Of a stretch of 64,000 bases of DNA, positions 32,701-50,825 are shown piece by piece (position 1 is the stretch's first letter; every line of letters begins with the position of its first letter). Position numbers and translations under genes: made by a program. A model generated the notes under the pieces. That model was not told where the DNA came from, ran no database searches, and worked only from the letters and a program-made list of their open reading frames with translations. Origin of the DNA: Hormiphora californensis (taxonomy: Eukaryota > Animalia > Ctenophora); assembly GCA_020137815.1 (NCBI GenBank), contig CM035354.1, forward strand, positions 3,224,001 through 3,288,000, given 5' to 3'.

Positions 32701-35700
32701 TGTCTCGGCTACGAAGAACGTGACCAATATAATATATTCATTATAAAAGTTCATTTGTTAGAAAGTTCGATTAATAATATAGCGCATATAAACACCAAGT
32801 GTGATATTACTTTACTCCAGATCAGATCTCATTTAATTCATTTAATTCATGATGTAGTAGGTACACATTATATTAACTCTGTCCACCTCTCTCTCTCCAG
32901 GGAGGTTCGGGACAATACCCGGGTTGAGGTTAACATGCGAGTTGGTATAAACTCCGGTCCGGTGCTCTGCGGAGTCCTGGGTCTTAGGAAGTGGCAGTTT
33001 GATGTTTGGAGTGATAATGTTACCATTGCAAATCATATGGAGAGCGGCGGACTAAGTGGGTATGTGATTATCATGTTTTGTTATTGGGTACTTTTTTAAT
33101 TAATTGACTAATTAGTTTTACCTACAAACGAAGCGGGTTCGTTAATACAACCTTTCGGCTTTCACGACCTTTGTGTATAACACGTTTTTATCTGCAATGC
33201 AGGAATATTTGGTTTTGAATAATATCACATAGAATATCAAATATATTTTTCATTAAAAAACCATGCGTTACTATGGTAACGATATCTTAAATATAGAACT
33301 CCCCAAGCTGCGAGCGTATGTTATTAAGTCCACGAATATGATTTAACACGTTGGTAGTTCTTGTGGTGCTAAGCAACGCGATTCAGCAGAACTTTAGTGG
33401 TAAACAACCAGTGAACAATACGGGGAGGATTTGTTTTTAAACAATTCCTTGATTTAAACAATTTCTGATTTTGTTCTTTCTCTGTGCGGCATATTCCCAA
33501 TTTCTAAATTTAGAAACTGCTGCTCATGCTCGTTTGAATACTTGTTATAAATAAACCGCAAACAATAATTATAGTCCTCACCAGAGTTCTTAAATGTTTC
33601 CCACGATTGCTCCCAGATAAGATGACATGTTACATAGGTGCTTCTTGATAGCCATAACAATTCATTGTAGTAGGGACGAATCTCTTATAAAAAGAAGTGG
33701 CTGACTCACTATTTGGTGGAAAGCAAATTCCGGTTGTAACCCACCTATTTTGACCCGCTGAACACGATCCCGTTCATAGGTAACGTCGCAAAAGTGAAGA
33801 ACATGCCCAAATCGGCCACGCCCTTTTACCTGTATTTTCAGCCTGTAGCCAAAAACATAAATCCTCTTAGAATAGGAGTAGAGACACATCTGAGGGCACT
33901 AAAGTGATCAGCGCCCTCGCATTAGTGGGGGTAGGTGCTGGAATTAAGTCTCTATCTCATCTGGTTAATTAGATAATTGGATAATTAGGTTTGCGCATAA
34001 CCGTTTTTCGGCTATATGGCTATAGCCACTTAGAAATGGTTTAGAGACTTTTCACTGGCGCCATTTTGTAGGCAATAGCCAAGTTATGGGGGGTCGACGT
34101 CGGACTTTTAAGCTCTATCTCCAACCGTTTAGCCGTTATTGGGCTTAATCGATGCTCAAAATGAGCGAAAAACGGTAAAAAGCCCGATTTTGAGCATCGA
34201 TCAAGCCCAATAACGGCTAAACGGTTGGAGATAGAGCTTAAAAGTCCGACGTCGACCCCCCATAACTTGGCTATTGCCTACAAAATGGCGCCAGTGAAAA
34301 GTCTCTAAACCATTCCTAAGTGGCTATAGCCATATAGCCGAAAAACGGTTATGCGCAAACCTAATTATCCAATTATCTAATTAACCAGATGAGATAGAGA
34401 CTTAATTCCAGCACCTACCCCCACTAATGCGAGGGCGCTGATCACTTTAGTGCCCTCAGATTTGTCTCTACTCCTATTCTAAAAGGATTTATGTTTTTGG
34501 CTACAGGCTGAAAATACAGGTAAAAGGGCGTGGCCGATTTGGGCATGTTCTTCACTTTTGCGACCTTACCTATGAACGGGATCGTGTTCAGCGGGTCAAA
34601 ATAGGTGGGTTACAACCGGAATTTGCTTTCCACCAAATAGTGAGTCAAAAAATTAAGATTCGTCCCTACTATTGCATTTTGTGGCCATACTGTTTCCCAA
34701 GAGTGATGTAACCTTTCTGAATCCATGATTTATCCGGTGAAGGAATTGTTATACAGTCGGACCCCAATTTACCGAAAAGGGTTTTGCCCGGTAAATCGGT
34801 GTGACCGGTAAATCGGGGTGAAATACAGTTAATTTCCTCCCGGGAAATCGGGGTCAGACTGTATAACAAAATAAATAACGATATAATGGCGTTGAATCAA
34901 TAAATTGACAGAAGCTTTCGGGAGCACTGTGTTTCTCGTCTTCAGCTATGACATGTTACATAAAGTTGCGAAGGGGGGGGGGGTTGCGAAAGAGTGTTAC
35001 ACTTCTTTACTAGTTACTTGAGCATATATTTGTGGGGTTAACGTTTTCTATTCATCTTAATAGGGATAATTATTTCGAATAATCATTCACAACTTTATAC
35101 TATGAGTCGTGTCATGGTGTCTTGTATTTCTAAATAAATTGGAACCACTGGCGTATGGCTCCAAATACTATCCCCAATGGTTCAAACCACACTACCAACC
35201 CTCCTATGTGTAACTATGGTAACACCTTTCCTCAGGAGGGTAACTATGGTAACCCCCTTCCTCAGGAGGGTAACTATGGTAACCCCCTTCCTCAGGAGGG
35301 TAACTATGGTAACCCCTTCCTTAGGAGGGTAATTATGGTAACCCACTTCCTCTGGAGGGTAACTATGGTAACCCCTTCCTTAGGAGGGTAACTATGGTAA
35401 CCCCCTTCCTCTGGAGGGTAACTATGGTAACCCCTTCCTTAGGAGGGTAACTATGGTAACCCCCTTCCTCTGGAGGGTAACTATGGTAACCCCTTCCTTA
35501 GGAGGGTAACTATGGTAACCCCCTTCCTCTGGAGGGTAACTATGGTAACCCCCTTCCTCTGGAGGGTAACTATGGTAACCCCTTCCTTAGGAGGGTAACT
35601 ATGGTAACCCCCTTCCTCTGGAGGGTAACTATGGTAACCCCTTCCTTAGGAGGGTAACTATGGTAACCCCCTTCCTCTGGAGGGTAACTATGGTAACCAC

Positions 35701-38629
35701 TAACCCTCTTCCCCAGGAGGGTGCACATCTCGGCTGCCACTAAGAACTGCCTGCCTGTGGACGTGCAGTGTGAACCAGGCAATGGAATGGAGAGGGACAA
35801 ATACATAAAGGAGAAGCAGATCACTAGTTTCCTTGTCCTCAATCCTGAATCGAGTGCTACACAATTCGAGGTGAGTCAGCCTTTTATATCTCCAACCAAA
35901 AACAATTTGAGGTGAATTTAGTCAGCCTTTTATGGATCTCAATTCTGGTTTTGTGAGGTCCGAGAGAGATAATTATATATACGGAGCGAATAGATAGAAT
36001 GAGTGAAAGAAAGATGTATGATGTTGAAGAGTCTTGAGCGAGATAGAAGATTATAATAAGTGTATGTCAAATCCTGACATTCAGTTTATCAAGAGCAGTA
36101 TCCACAACAATTTTACCCTTATTCGGGGATGAGCCTTAGCCCCTCTTATCTTCCCCTTCCTTGTCTTTGGTGTGGGGTGGGGGAAGAAGAGGCATAAAGG
36201 TCCCAGGCTGAGTAATGTCAACACACCTAGTAGGGGTGGTAACCAAGTAATCAGGCTGTAGATTTGCAGTGGCAAACGTGGGCTTATTCGGGCCTGAACC
36301 TTCATTTTGTTGCTTTATCCATCAACAAGTAAACATTTCATTTTCCTTAGAAAGGTAGCAACAACTATCTTCCATGCAGGTACTACGTTTCCATGGTTAC
36401 TACGTTTCCATGGTTACTAGTAATATTACTATCCCATATCTAGGTGTTGGAGAAGTATCGCCGTGTGATAGCCGAGAGTCAGGGAGCAAATGGGGAAGAA
36501 GAGGAGGAGGAAGAGAGTTTAAATGGTGTCCCTGTGTTAGCTGGACTAGAGGGAGGTCACACAAATGGAGTGGATCAGATAGGAGGAGGATACTTTGCCG
36601 CCAAGAAAAATAACAGCAAAGATGATCTTAGTCGGAACGGGTAGGTGAAATACATGTGCTGATATTCCACAAAAAAAAACCTGTTGTAGCTGTCACATTT
36701 TAAACTTCAATATATTTTCGATACGTAAACCTCACCTCGACAATCGATATGGGGTGACATTAAATACATTTTGACTTGATCTACTCACAACTTTCTCAAC
36801 AATAAATATCCGCTATTTATAGCTACGGACTAAAACGATAATTTGAAGTTTCTCACATCTATTTTTATCGCGGCGATCAATGCCGAGTCTCGACTAAACT
36901 TTGAAGTTGTTAAAATTGATTCTCTAGAATTCTAGGATTTAATCCCTCGAACCCCTCCCAGAAATAGTGTAACAGATGACGAAATGACGGTACACCAATA
37001 CGTGGGCAAATGGGAATCTGTCACCCCCTTCGCTCCTGCCAATGCCGCCAACTGTAACAACGATAAAAACGCGAAGAACGTCATTTTGAAGGTACATCTC
37101 ATATTATGTGACACTCATTTGTGACACTGTATGTGGGAAGGAGGGCCCTTTATATATTGGGTGTACTAGTAACGAGCTATGCTACAACCAAGCTATTTAT
37201 TTGATGAGGCTGATGAGCTATTTATTTCATGAGGCTCAGTACATTTCACTGTCCCCTATAATAGTACCCCCTATAGTACCTCTTACACAACTAGCACCCC
37301 CTCATTTCACAACTAGCGTCTAGCACCACCTCACTTCACCCTTTCTCCATGTGATCAAAGTTCCATGTGAACATTAGCTGAACTAATTAAATTTATGAAA
37401 TATTATCTATATTTCATTACAGGTGGGCTTATTTCCCATGCACGCCAGTATTGCAGGACGAAAGGGTCGGAATCAGGTGATGAATCACCAGCGAGACCTA
37501 GATCAGGAGGTTAACGAGTGCATGAGGAAACAGGTGGAGGATGGGAGGAGTCAGAGGCACAATGAAACTACGGAGAAAATACACCGACTCTCACTGAGGT
37601 ATTAATGTGTTGCTAATGTGAGATAAGACGTGTAGAAACCTTTTTGAAGTTTATATCGAACAGCAGTTTACTGTCCTAAGATCTCAAAATCTGACCTGGT
37701 CTCGGGTCCCCTCTCCCCTCACTCCCTCCTTCTCCCACCTAGGTTTAAGAGCTCCCTAACGGAAACAGATTTCCAGCACCTCCCGGACAACATGTTCAAA
37801 TACTACCTCGCCTGTGCCTTCATGGTTTTCCTCTTCATTGGGGCCATCCAACTGTGTATCCTTCCCTACCGGCTAATCACCGTGATAGCCTTCACATCAG
37901 CGCTCGTCATCCTGTCTATCTGTGTGGTAGTTGCCATGGCAACGCCCCGGTTTTGTGAGTGTCTCCGGCAATTCAGTGCCATTATCACAGAGAGCAACAA
38001 GATACGAGTTGTGCTGGCCATTCTGACAACAGTGATCGTGTATGTGGTGGCCTTCATACAAATTGTGAGTACAGGGGGTTTCGGTCAATATAAAAACTGC
38101 TTAAAATCTCAATAAAAGTTGTCACCACCTATGTGGCTCACAACGCATTTTATTTCATAAAAGTGGGCTCTTTGAGGGTTCAGAAGATCAAGTCACCACC
38201 ACCCAGACTAATTACTTTTTACAACCTCAGATAAGTTGTAAGTGTACGGAAGGTGAGGATAACAGTTGTAATGGAGTTCGGACACGGGATCCTACTGCCC
38301 AACAGTGCGACTTTCCCATGGTAAATAACAAGTTTTAACGTGCACAATAATTCACTATTTAGCTTCTTGTAATTAATGATAAATGCCTTTTTTCTTATTT
38401 TCTGGTGTTCTGCTTTATTTCACATTCTCCCCGCTACTATCCAGCTTGATTCCGTTTGGTCATGTGATATGTGACATGTTTATCCCATATCCTCATTTCT
38501 TTGAATATTTTACCAACCACTAATTTGTTTCAACGTTGTACAACATGCGCCTTTGATTCTTTAATGATACCTACTAATTCCTTCTCTTCTTTCATCTTTA
38601 TTTCTCTTCATATCTCTGAAAAATCTTTT

Positions 38630-38716
<87 letters not shown>

Positions 38717-39853
38717 TCTCTCTCCCTCTCTCTCTCTCTACATATAACAATCTCTCTTTCTCGTTCCTTAGCTAAAGTAACACTCTCTCCCTCCCAGTAT
38801 TTCTACATCAGTGGAATGTTGGCCATGTTGTGCAGTGCGGTGTTTCTCAAGTTTGATCACATCATCAAAGATGTCCTAATGGTACTGGCGATGGTATCCT
38901 ATATCGTCATCATGCACGTAACCCATGCTGATATATTTGATGCTCACGATGAGTTTCTCGTCACTTCCGTCAACAAAACACTGTGAGTTAGTATAATGAG
39001 TTTAGATAAAACGCTGTGAGTTAGTATAATGGGTTTAGATAAAACTGTTAGTTAGTGGTTCATATTAAATGGGGGGGGGGTTTGAAATCGATTTGTATTC
39101 GGTTTAGAAAAATGATGTTAACCTTGGTTATGTGAGGAGAGAGTCGAGAGAGGTCCGAAAAAGGCAAGGTTAATCAGGATGAACTGAATGTTAAATCTTT
39201 CAGAGAGGAAGAGAAAGTGAACATGCTACTTCTGAAAGAGTACGGTACAGTGTACCTGCTAATGCTTGGACTCGCCCTAATTTCTCTCGGTAAGATCGAT
39301 GTTAAAGTCTCTCTCCCCTCCCTCATTACATTTTCTATTGCTGTACGGCATCGGTACTTTCATTCCTCTGAGTGTTTTTTACCTAATATGGTCATGTGAC
39401 TATTTCAGGGTTTGAGGTCGAACGAACAGCTCGTGTTGACTTTCAACAAAGACGCCAAGCGGCTGAGAAAAAGGATCAAATGGAGGATTTCAAGACGAAT
39501 AATGGCATTTTGCTCCGGAACCTCCTTCCCGGGCACGTCGCAGAGCACTTTATGGGATGTGGCAAAATTGTAAGCGGCGACGACACAGAAGAGAGCCATC
39601 TCGCGCTAAGGCGCTCTCTTGCTGCGCGCACAACCTCACATACACAGACTGAGCTGGTACCGATTGATTGAAGTTCAATTTGAACTGACTGCTGACAGCC
39701 CATTTTCGAGGCTTAGATTGGTCAAACTGATTTGAGACACGCACGATCCAAGCACAATTTGAACTTCTGACAAGTGACACATTTAGTCGAGACCTGGTGG
39801 CAGCTGTTTTTCAGAACTGTCCTTTTATCTCGCTCTCTCCAGTCTCCTCCCCC

Positions 39854-39937
<84 letters not shown>

Positions 39938-41137
39938 TCTCTTTCTCTCCCTCTCTCCTCTGACCTCTAAATCCTTCTCTACCTCACCTTCCTACAGGGT
40001 TTATACCACGAAGACCACTACAACGTTGGGGTAATGTTCGCTTCGATCCCCAACTTTTTTGCTGAATTCTACGCCGAAAATGACGTGAACAACAATGGTA
40101 TCGAGTGTATGAGGGTGCTCAATGAGATCATTGCTGATTTTGATGAGTTACTGGAAAAACCTAAATTCAACTGCAGTAAGTATACTAATTACAACTTATA
40201 TATCGAGAAAGTTCTCTGTTCGGCACAAGACGACCGCTTTTCTGAGGGGGTCTGTCAATCATCTAACCAATGCTGTTGTATTACATCTTGTTCTAAGGAT
40301 TGTTAGCTAAATAACAGTGTTATTAACACTGTACCTCGTCAGTTGAGAAGATAAAAACGATAGGAGCAACGTATATGGTTGCTGCCGGTCTCACACCTAA
40401 AGTGGTCTACGATGGCTCTGAGACTGATGTTGATACGTACCTCTGCACTTTATGCGAGTTTGCATTTGCCATGCAGGACTGTATCAAGAGGATCAATAAA
40501 CACTCATTCAATAACTTTCAACTTAGGATGGGTGAGTACTGAGTTATTAGTGAATGTTCGGTTTCACTCACAAATGTTTCATTTACTGCTGCTAACTGAG
40601 ATTCGTATTAAAGAATGTACTGTTTCGTCAACATGGGACTTTTCGGACTCATACAATTCACATCCTCAATAAATAGTTTCCCAAAATAAATAATTCCCAA
40701 ATCCCTCGCTTACAAATCCATTTCAGGGATAAACCACGGTTCGCTGGTGGCTGGAGTTATCGGGGCCACCAAACCACAGTATGATATTTGGGGTAACACC
40801 GTTAATGTAGCATCTCGGATGGAGAGTACGGGGAAAATTGGGAAAATTCAGGTAAAAATCATCATGCTCATGTTGCTCATTCCTCCGGCTTGACAGGTCT
40901 TTACTTGCTTTGTTCGACCCTCTTACCCTCTCTCTCAAATGGGTTTGACCAAAACAAGGCAGGTCGTGTATCCAATATTCATGAGTAATAATCCCCCTTT
41001 CTCCCTTGCAGATAACAGAGGATAGCTCGCACAAACTGGACAGATATGGTTTTAGATTTGACGATCCACATTTTGTGCAAGTCAAGGGAAAGGGTAACAT
41101 GAAGGCACGGTTTTTAATTGACAGAGTAGCCAGCTAG
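24928..41137 (+). CDS. Transmembrane adenylyl cyclase (class III, two TM clusters plus C1 and C2), about 19 exons
   Basis: Putative first exon 24928-24960 (phase-compatible, less certain). 28425-29099 TM cluster 1. C1: 30250-30389, 30603-30714 ([10 protein letters not shown]), 32281-32408 ([12 protein letters not shown]), 32901-33059 (MRVGINSG...KWQFDVWS), 35717-35870 (RVHIS). TM cluster 2 from 37743. C2: 39998-40156 (MFASIPNF...[14 protein letters not shown]), [39 protein letters not shown], stop at 41137. Confidence 0.96.
25031..25098. mobile_element. Short pogo/Tc1-like MITE
   Basis: CAGTCAGACCCCGATT ... AATCGGGGTCTGACTG; related to 34752-34863. Confidence 0.75.
31035..31931. mobile_element. 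Long-TIR non-autonomous element, Academ-like (TAG...CTA, 4-bp TSD ATAT), in an adenylyl cyclase intron
   Basis: atat|TAGGTCATTCGGTAAA...TTTACCGAATGACCTA|atat; TIRs of about 190 bp (31035-31223 and 31743-31931) around an about 520-bp non-coding core. Confidence 0.87.
33668..34671. mobile_element. 1-kb fold-back element, Academ-like (TAG...CTA, 3-bp TSD TTG), in an adenylyl cyclase intron
   Basis: ttg|TAGTAGGGACGAATC...GATTCGTCCCTACTA|ttg; near-perfect arms of about 490 bp with an about 24-nt loop near 34175. Confidence 0.9.
34752..34863. mobile_element. pogo/Tc1-like MITE with TA TSD
   Basis: TA|CAGTCGGACCCCAATTT ... AAATCGGGGTCAGACTG|TA. Confidence 0.8.
35210..35722 (+). repeat. 29-30 bp minisatellite (about 16 copies) built from the adenylyl cyclase intron/exon acceptor junction
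   Basis: Unit AACTATGGTAACCCC(C)TTCCT(CA/TA/CT)GGAGGGT; the real acceptor CTTCCCCAG|GAGGGTGCAC at 35716/35717 is the last unit. Confidence 0.95.
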
Positions 41138-41740
41138 CGGTAAAAGAGAGCTGAACTTCACCGCCGTAAAACTCTCAATCACATGATTAGATGCAGACAG
41201 GAAAGAAGTTTTAAAATCTGTTTAAATTAAATTGTGTGTTCTATTCCGTATTTGTATAATGTATTTAACCACGAAGATTCATCATGCATCTCTCTCCCAG
41301 AGATCCTCTGTACCTCCCCTGTTTACTATTAGTAATACTAAACAGTTTAGTGTGCTCCCAGGTGTGCACTGCCATGTATAATTTTGTATTTAGTGTTTTA
41401 TTTTCGTAACATAACACCTCGATCTTTAGTTTTCACGTGACTTTTAAACCAGAACCGGCTTGTTTAATTTTGTACAATTGTCGGGTAACGGCTACCGCGA
41501 AGTTTTCATTTGTATGCTGCGAACTTAGGACGCGCACATGGCACGCGATGGATTCGCGCGCGTTTGAACATGAAAATAAAATAAAACTTCAAGTTGTCAG
41601 ATTTAAAAAAATCTTTTTGGTCGTCTGTTTTGTTTTTGACACTTAAACCATCGATCTGACGCGTCTGTGGCCAATTTTGTTCTTGTGTTAATGATAACAA
41701 ATATGGGACCGAATGGAAATGATCAAATAAATGTTTTAGA

Positions 41741-41974
41741 ATGCTGATGAATATTGCTCTCCGACGTGGCGGACCCGCTGCAAGCCGAGCTATGGCCCGT
41801 GCTCTCAGCGACGACGGTGGTGCCATTGTTGACGACAAAAAGGGTGCATTTGCAAAGAGAGAGAAGAGTTTGGAAGAACAGTACATCAAGAGAAAGGAAG
41901 CTGAGGAGATGGCTGCTTTCCGAGCGGAACTAGCAAGACTGAAAGCGGAGGTCGATGAGCTGAAGAAGAAATAA
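41741..41974 (+). CDS. ATP5IF1: Mitochondrial ATPase inhibitor IF1, intronless
   Basis: Transit peptide, then GGAI...GAFAKREKSLEEQYIKRKEAEEMAAFRAEL plus a short coiled coil. Confidence 0.9.
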   Translation: MLMNIALRRGGPAASRAMARALSDDGGAIVDDKKGAFAKREKSLEEQYIKRKEAEEMAAFRAELARLKAEVDELKKK

Positions 41975-42218
41975 ACTGAGAATTGTCATAACACTTTATA
42001 AAAGCATTTAATTAGTGTGTAAATAGTTCAATTTACTATTAATGAGGTTTCAATATTTATATTTAATACACTATATAATACATTACACACAATTTATTAC
42101 CAGCTATCATAACTATTTTCGTGTTTTGCTTACTTTCGCCTCCATTATTGAATATCTCGAGGTAATGGTGTAGTCTTAATCAATAGTATCGCTAATTTTC
42201 TTCCTATATTTTAGCAAA

Positions 42219-47474
<5,256 letters not shown>

Positions 47475-48512
47475 CCTGTGACATGAGTTAACCTTTAACA
47501 TGGGTTAACCTTTAACATGAGTTGACCTTGATGTGACATAAACAATATATAATTGACTTTGAGCTCAACAAGAGACTTTTTTCTGACCACAATTTCTTGA
47601 TTTTGTGGAGTGATTCAGAATCTGGTGTGCAGCGAAAGTATTTCGATTGTGAAAATCATATTCAAAAACGAAAGTGTGTCTTCCGCACTTTTGGTTCAGA
47701 TTTTTATTGTTTTGTAAAACCTTTAATCAAAGTTCTTTTTCAAAATGTTAACTGTATAAATTATTCGTTTCTCAATTCGGACGGCGACAATGAGACAGAG
47801 AACTACATTTTATCCTAAATATTATGAGCATAGAGCCAGCCCACTGGAGTGACAATGTTTTATCTTTCCTTCTAGTTTTAATTCATGAGATTAGCTGTTT
47901 TAATTTTCACCACAATCCACATCTCCGTCGTGTGAAGAAGGAGCCAGCTGAATCTAATGCCAGCTCTTTGATGGGAAGAAACTCCCGTCAGCCGTCAGGG
48001 GCCTGGTACACCTAGTGCCAGGAATCAGGATCCAGTCTGCCTGGCCTGGAGACGCCGACAGAATCTGAGCGCACTCCACTGTCGACGCTGGACTAGTAGA
48101 CAGCGTTTCACTTTAAGAATTTGTCAGAGCATTGGCAATTAAAAACAATGCACAGCTGTCGCGTCGGTCCGGCTAGATCTACAGTTGGTGCCATTGCTAC
48201 CTATTCTCGCTTATGTGAGACACAGGTGTCCATGTCACCAAGATCTATAACAGGTCATTCACCAACCCAGTTTAGATTCTCACCAATGTGCTCAGATTGG
48301 CCTTGGATCACCAGCAGACAGCTCAGAGTGTGTTACCGCCGCCGTGGGTAAGGAGTGGTGATTTGACCCGGTACAGATTTCTCTGCAGCAGAGCCTCATC
48401 ATCTGAGGGTCTGGGTTGTCTAACAGACCGCGGTCGACCGTTCCCATCTATGTGGCAGCGCCAGACCACGTTTTGCCGTTTTGATTCTACTATACCGCCC
48501 GACTAGACAGTG

Positions 48513-49330
48513 TAGTCAGGACCACTATTGGTGCGCGGTCGTGCCCACGGAAGGAGTGCTTGGATCATCTTGAAACCGGTTTTAAGTTCACTAATGCATA
48601 CCCAAAAGTGTCTGTAGCCATTTGGGTGATGTTCTGACAATCCAATCACGAGTTATGACCGAAAAACAGTCAAAAAAGACGTTTTAAAGTGACAAAAAGG
48701 AGGATCTGAACACAGCCCTTATATGAAGGGCTGGGGCTTTGAAACTTCTTGTGTGGACAGAGAATCGTCCAAATTTGCAGTGTCAACTTTCAGATAGTTT
48801 CTATCTTTTGTAGTTATCTAATTAGAGTCGTTTAAACATGTGAGAAGTTGCTAAAGGGGCCTATAATACTGCTTGTGAAGTGATCACTTGACGAGATTTG
48901 CCCAATTAGAGAGCGGATTAAAGCATACAAGCGGTGAGAGCAAGCAATATGAGATGGAAGTAGTACCTAATCACCCTGTTTTGCAGGGTCATAAAGATCG
49001 TCTCACATGTTTGAATGGCTCTAATTACATAACTACAAAAGATAGCAACTATCTGAAAGTTGACACAAATTTGGACGATTCTCTGTCCACACAAGAAGTT
49101 TCAAAGCCCCAGCCCTTCATATAAGGGCTGTGTTCAGATCCTCCTTTTTGTCACTTTAAAACGTCTTTTTTGACTGTTTTTCGGTCATAACTCGTGATTG
49201 GATTGTCAGAACATCACCCAAATGGCTACAGACACTTTTGGGTATGCATTAGTGAACTTAAAACCGGTTTCAAGATGATCCAAGCACTCCTTCCGTGGGC
49301 ACGACCGCGCACCAATAGTGGTCCTGACTA
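48513..49330. mobile_element. Long-TIR non-autonomous element, Academ-like (TAG...CTA, 3-bp TSD GTG)
   Basis: gtg|TAGTCAGGACCACTATTGG...CCAATAGTGGTCCTGACTA|gtg; arms of about 330 bp with a spacer of about 150 bp; inserted in a GC-richer intergenic repeat-like block (about 47900-49500). Confidence 0.9.
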
Positions 49331-49796
49331 GTGTGCAATGTGCATAGAACAGGTCGGTGCCGCCAGATAGATCACCATGACCATTGTATCTGGTTTTCAC
49401 CACCACCATCCTATACCAGTCCCTTGCCTACGGGCGCGCGAACATGAGGGGCGCGACGTGCCCAAACCAGTCCCATACTTCACCGAATTGTCGCAAAGAC
49501 AAACAGCTGTTTAAAAGAATAAATAATAGTGAGTGTAAAAAAATAGTTTGCACTTTGCTTATTTAAAATGAAAATAAATTAAGGTTTTAAAAATGATATG
49601 TACTCTTGGTTCGAGAAAATTTCTTCGTTCGGTCACGGGACTAGACTTTTGAGTTCAGTCAACTATATTTTGGTGCTATAACTATATTGTCTTCCTCTCT
49701 TCTAGAACGTACATTAAACAAAATAGTGTTTTGAGTTTTGATAATCTACACTGCAAATGAAAATTACACACTCTCTCTCTCCATTATTCTCCTTGT

Positions 49797-50825
49797 CTAT
49801 TTATAGTAGGTAGACCTCTTGAATGGCCATGACCAATCCTCATCTTTTCTCCTCCACAAATTGGCCTTTCTCTGGGTAGTAACATTCTCCGCCCACTCTT
49901 GTATCCCATATTTCCCTCTCCAGGTGTCAGCCCAGCGCTTGTCCCATAACTCTGATGCAACACCTAGCAAGGGAGGGTAGGGGGAATTAGGGGAGGGAGG
50001 AAGGGGAGTGACAGCAATTGTAGATTTGAAAACCATTTTATTTCAAACAATATAGATTGATCTGGTATGACACAACTTACCAAAGTCTTTGCAGCACCGA
50101 GTAAGCGCAGTCGCCTTGATCCTCTCCGCGGCATCTGAATAATTCTGATTCTTTGAGAAAAAGTTGGTTTCTCCGAAAGCCTGTGAGATGAACCTCTCGT
50201 GGCAGTAGAGAGCGTATTCCCGGACCAATTGGACGTACTTCTGGTCGGGATCCGTGGGCGGGAGTTCCTTGATATCGTCCACGGGAATGAGGGCCCAACC
50301 TCCATGTCCAAATGCCTTGTTTAGTAGGGATTTATAGTGGTCTTCGGGAACTGATAACGTCCCATCTTTACCAAGGAGAACCTGAAATGGAGAATTGTGT
50401 GTTAGAACTGTGTGTTAGTTGGATGGGGAGAGCTGGAATATACTTAGACCACCCAATTAGTAGTTATTAGTTCCTCACAACCTATCAATCAAAGCTACTA
50501 CAGTGGGTAATGACTAATGGCACTGAGCCGTCTTTAACGAGGTAGTAGTTAACACTAAACTCGTAAGGGAGCATTGAGGCCGGAGCATTACAAAATAGAA
50601 AGAAACCCAAGCTCGATATACAATTACCTTATCTTCGGGGATTGCTGAAGTAAGGACACTGGATACCTTGCTCTCAAATGGAATTCCAACTTTTTCAAAC
50701 CTCCGATCAAGCTGAATATCTCCCTCTCCCATCTGGTCGCTCTCTGTTGCAGAGGAGAGACCTCTGGCTCCATTGGGGAGAACTAGGGAACGGAGGGCAA
50801 ACACTGCCCGAACTGACCTTTGCAT
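49797..50825 (-). CDS. MGM101: Mitochondrial genome maintenance protein Mgm101 (Rad52-type single-strand annealing protein), 3 exons
   Basis: Exons 50825-50628, 50381-50081 and 49963-49797: transit peptide, then PF...DGTLSVPEDHYKSLLNKAFGHGGWALIP...VREYALYCHERFISQAFGE...E.IKATALTRCCKDFGVASELWD...ENVTTQRKANLWRRKD...PFK, collinear with yeast Mgm101. Confidence 0.93.

Noticed and set aside
35210-35722. CRISPR-like appearance of the 30-bp arrays (also 53211-53608)
   Set aside because: Head-to-tail units with no unique spacers, eukaryotic intronic context and no cas genes.
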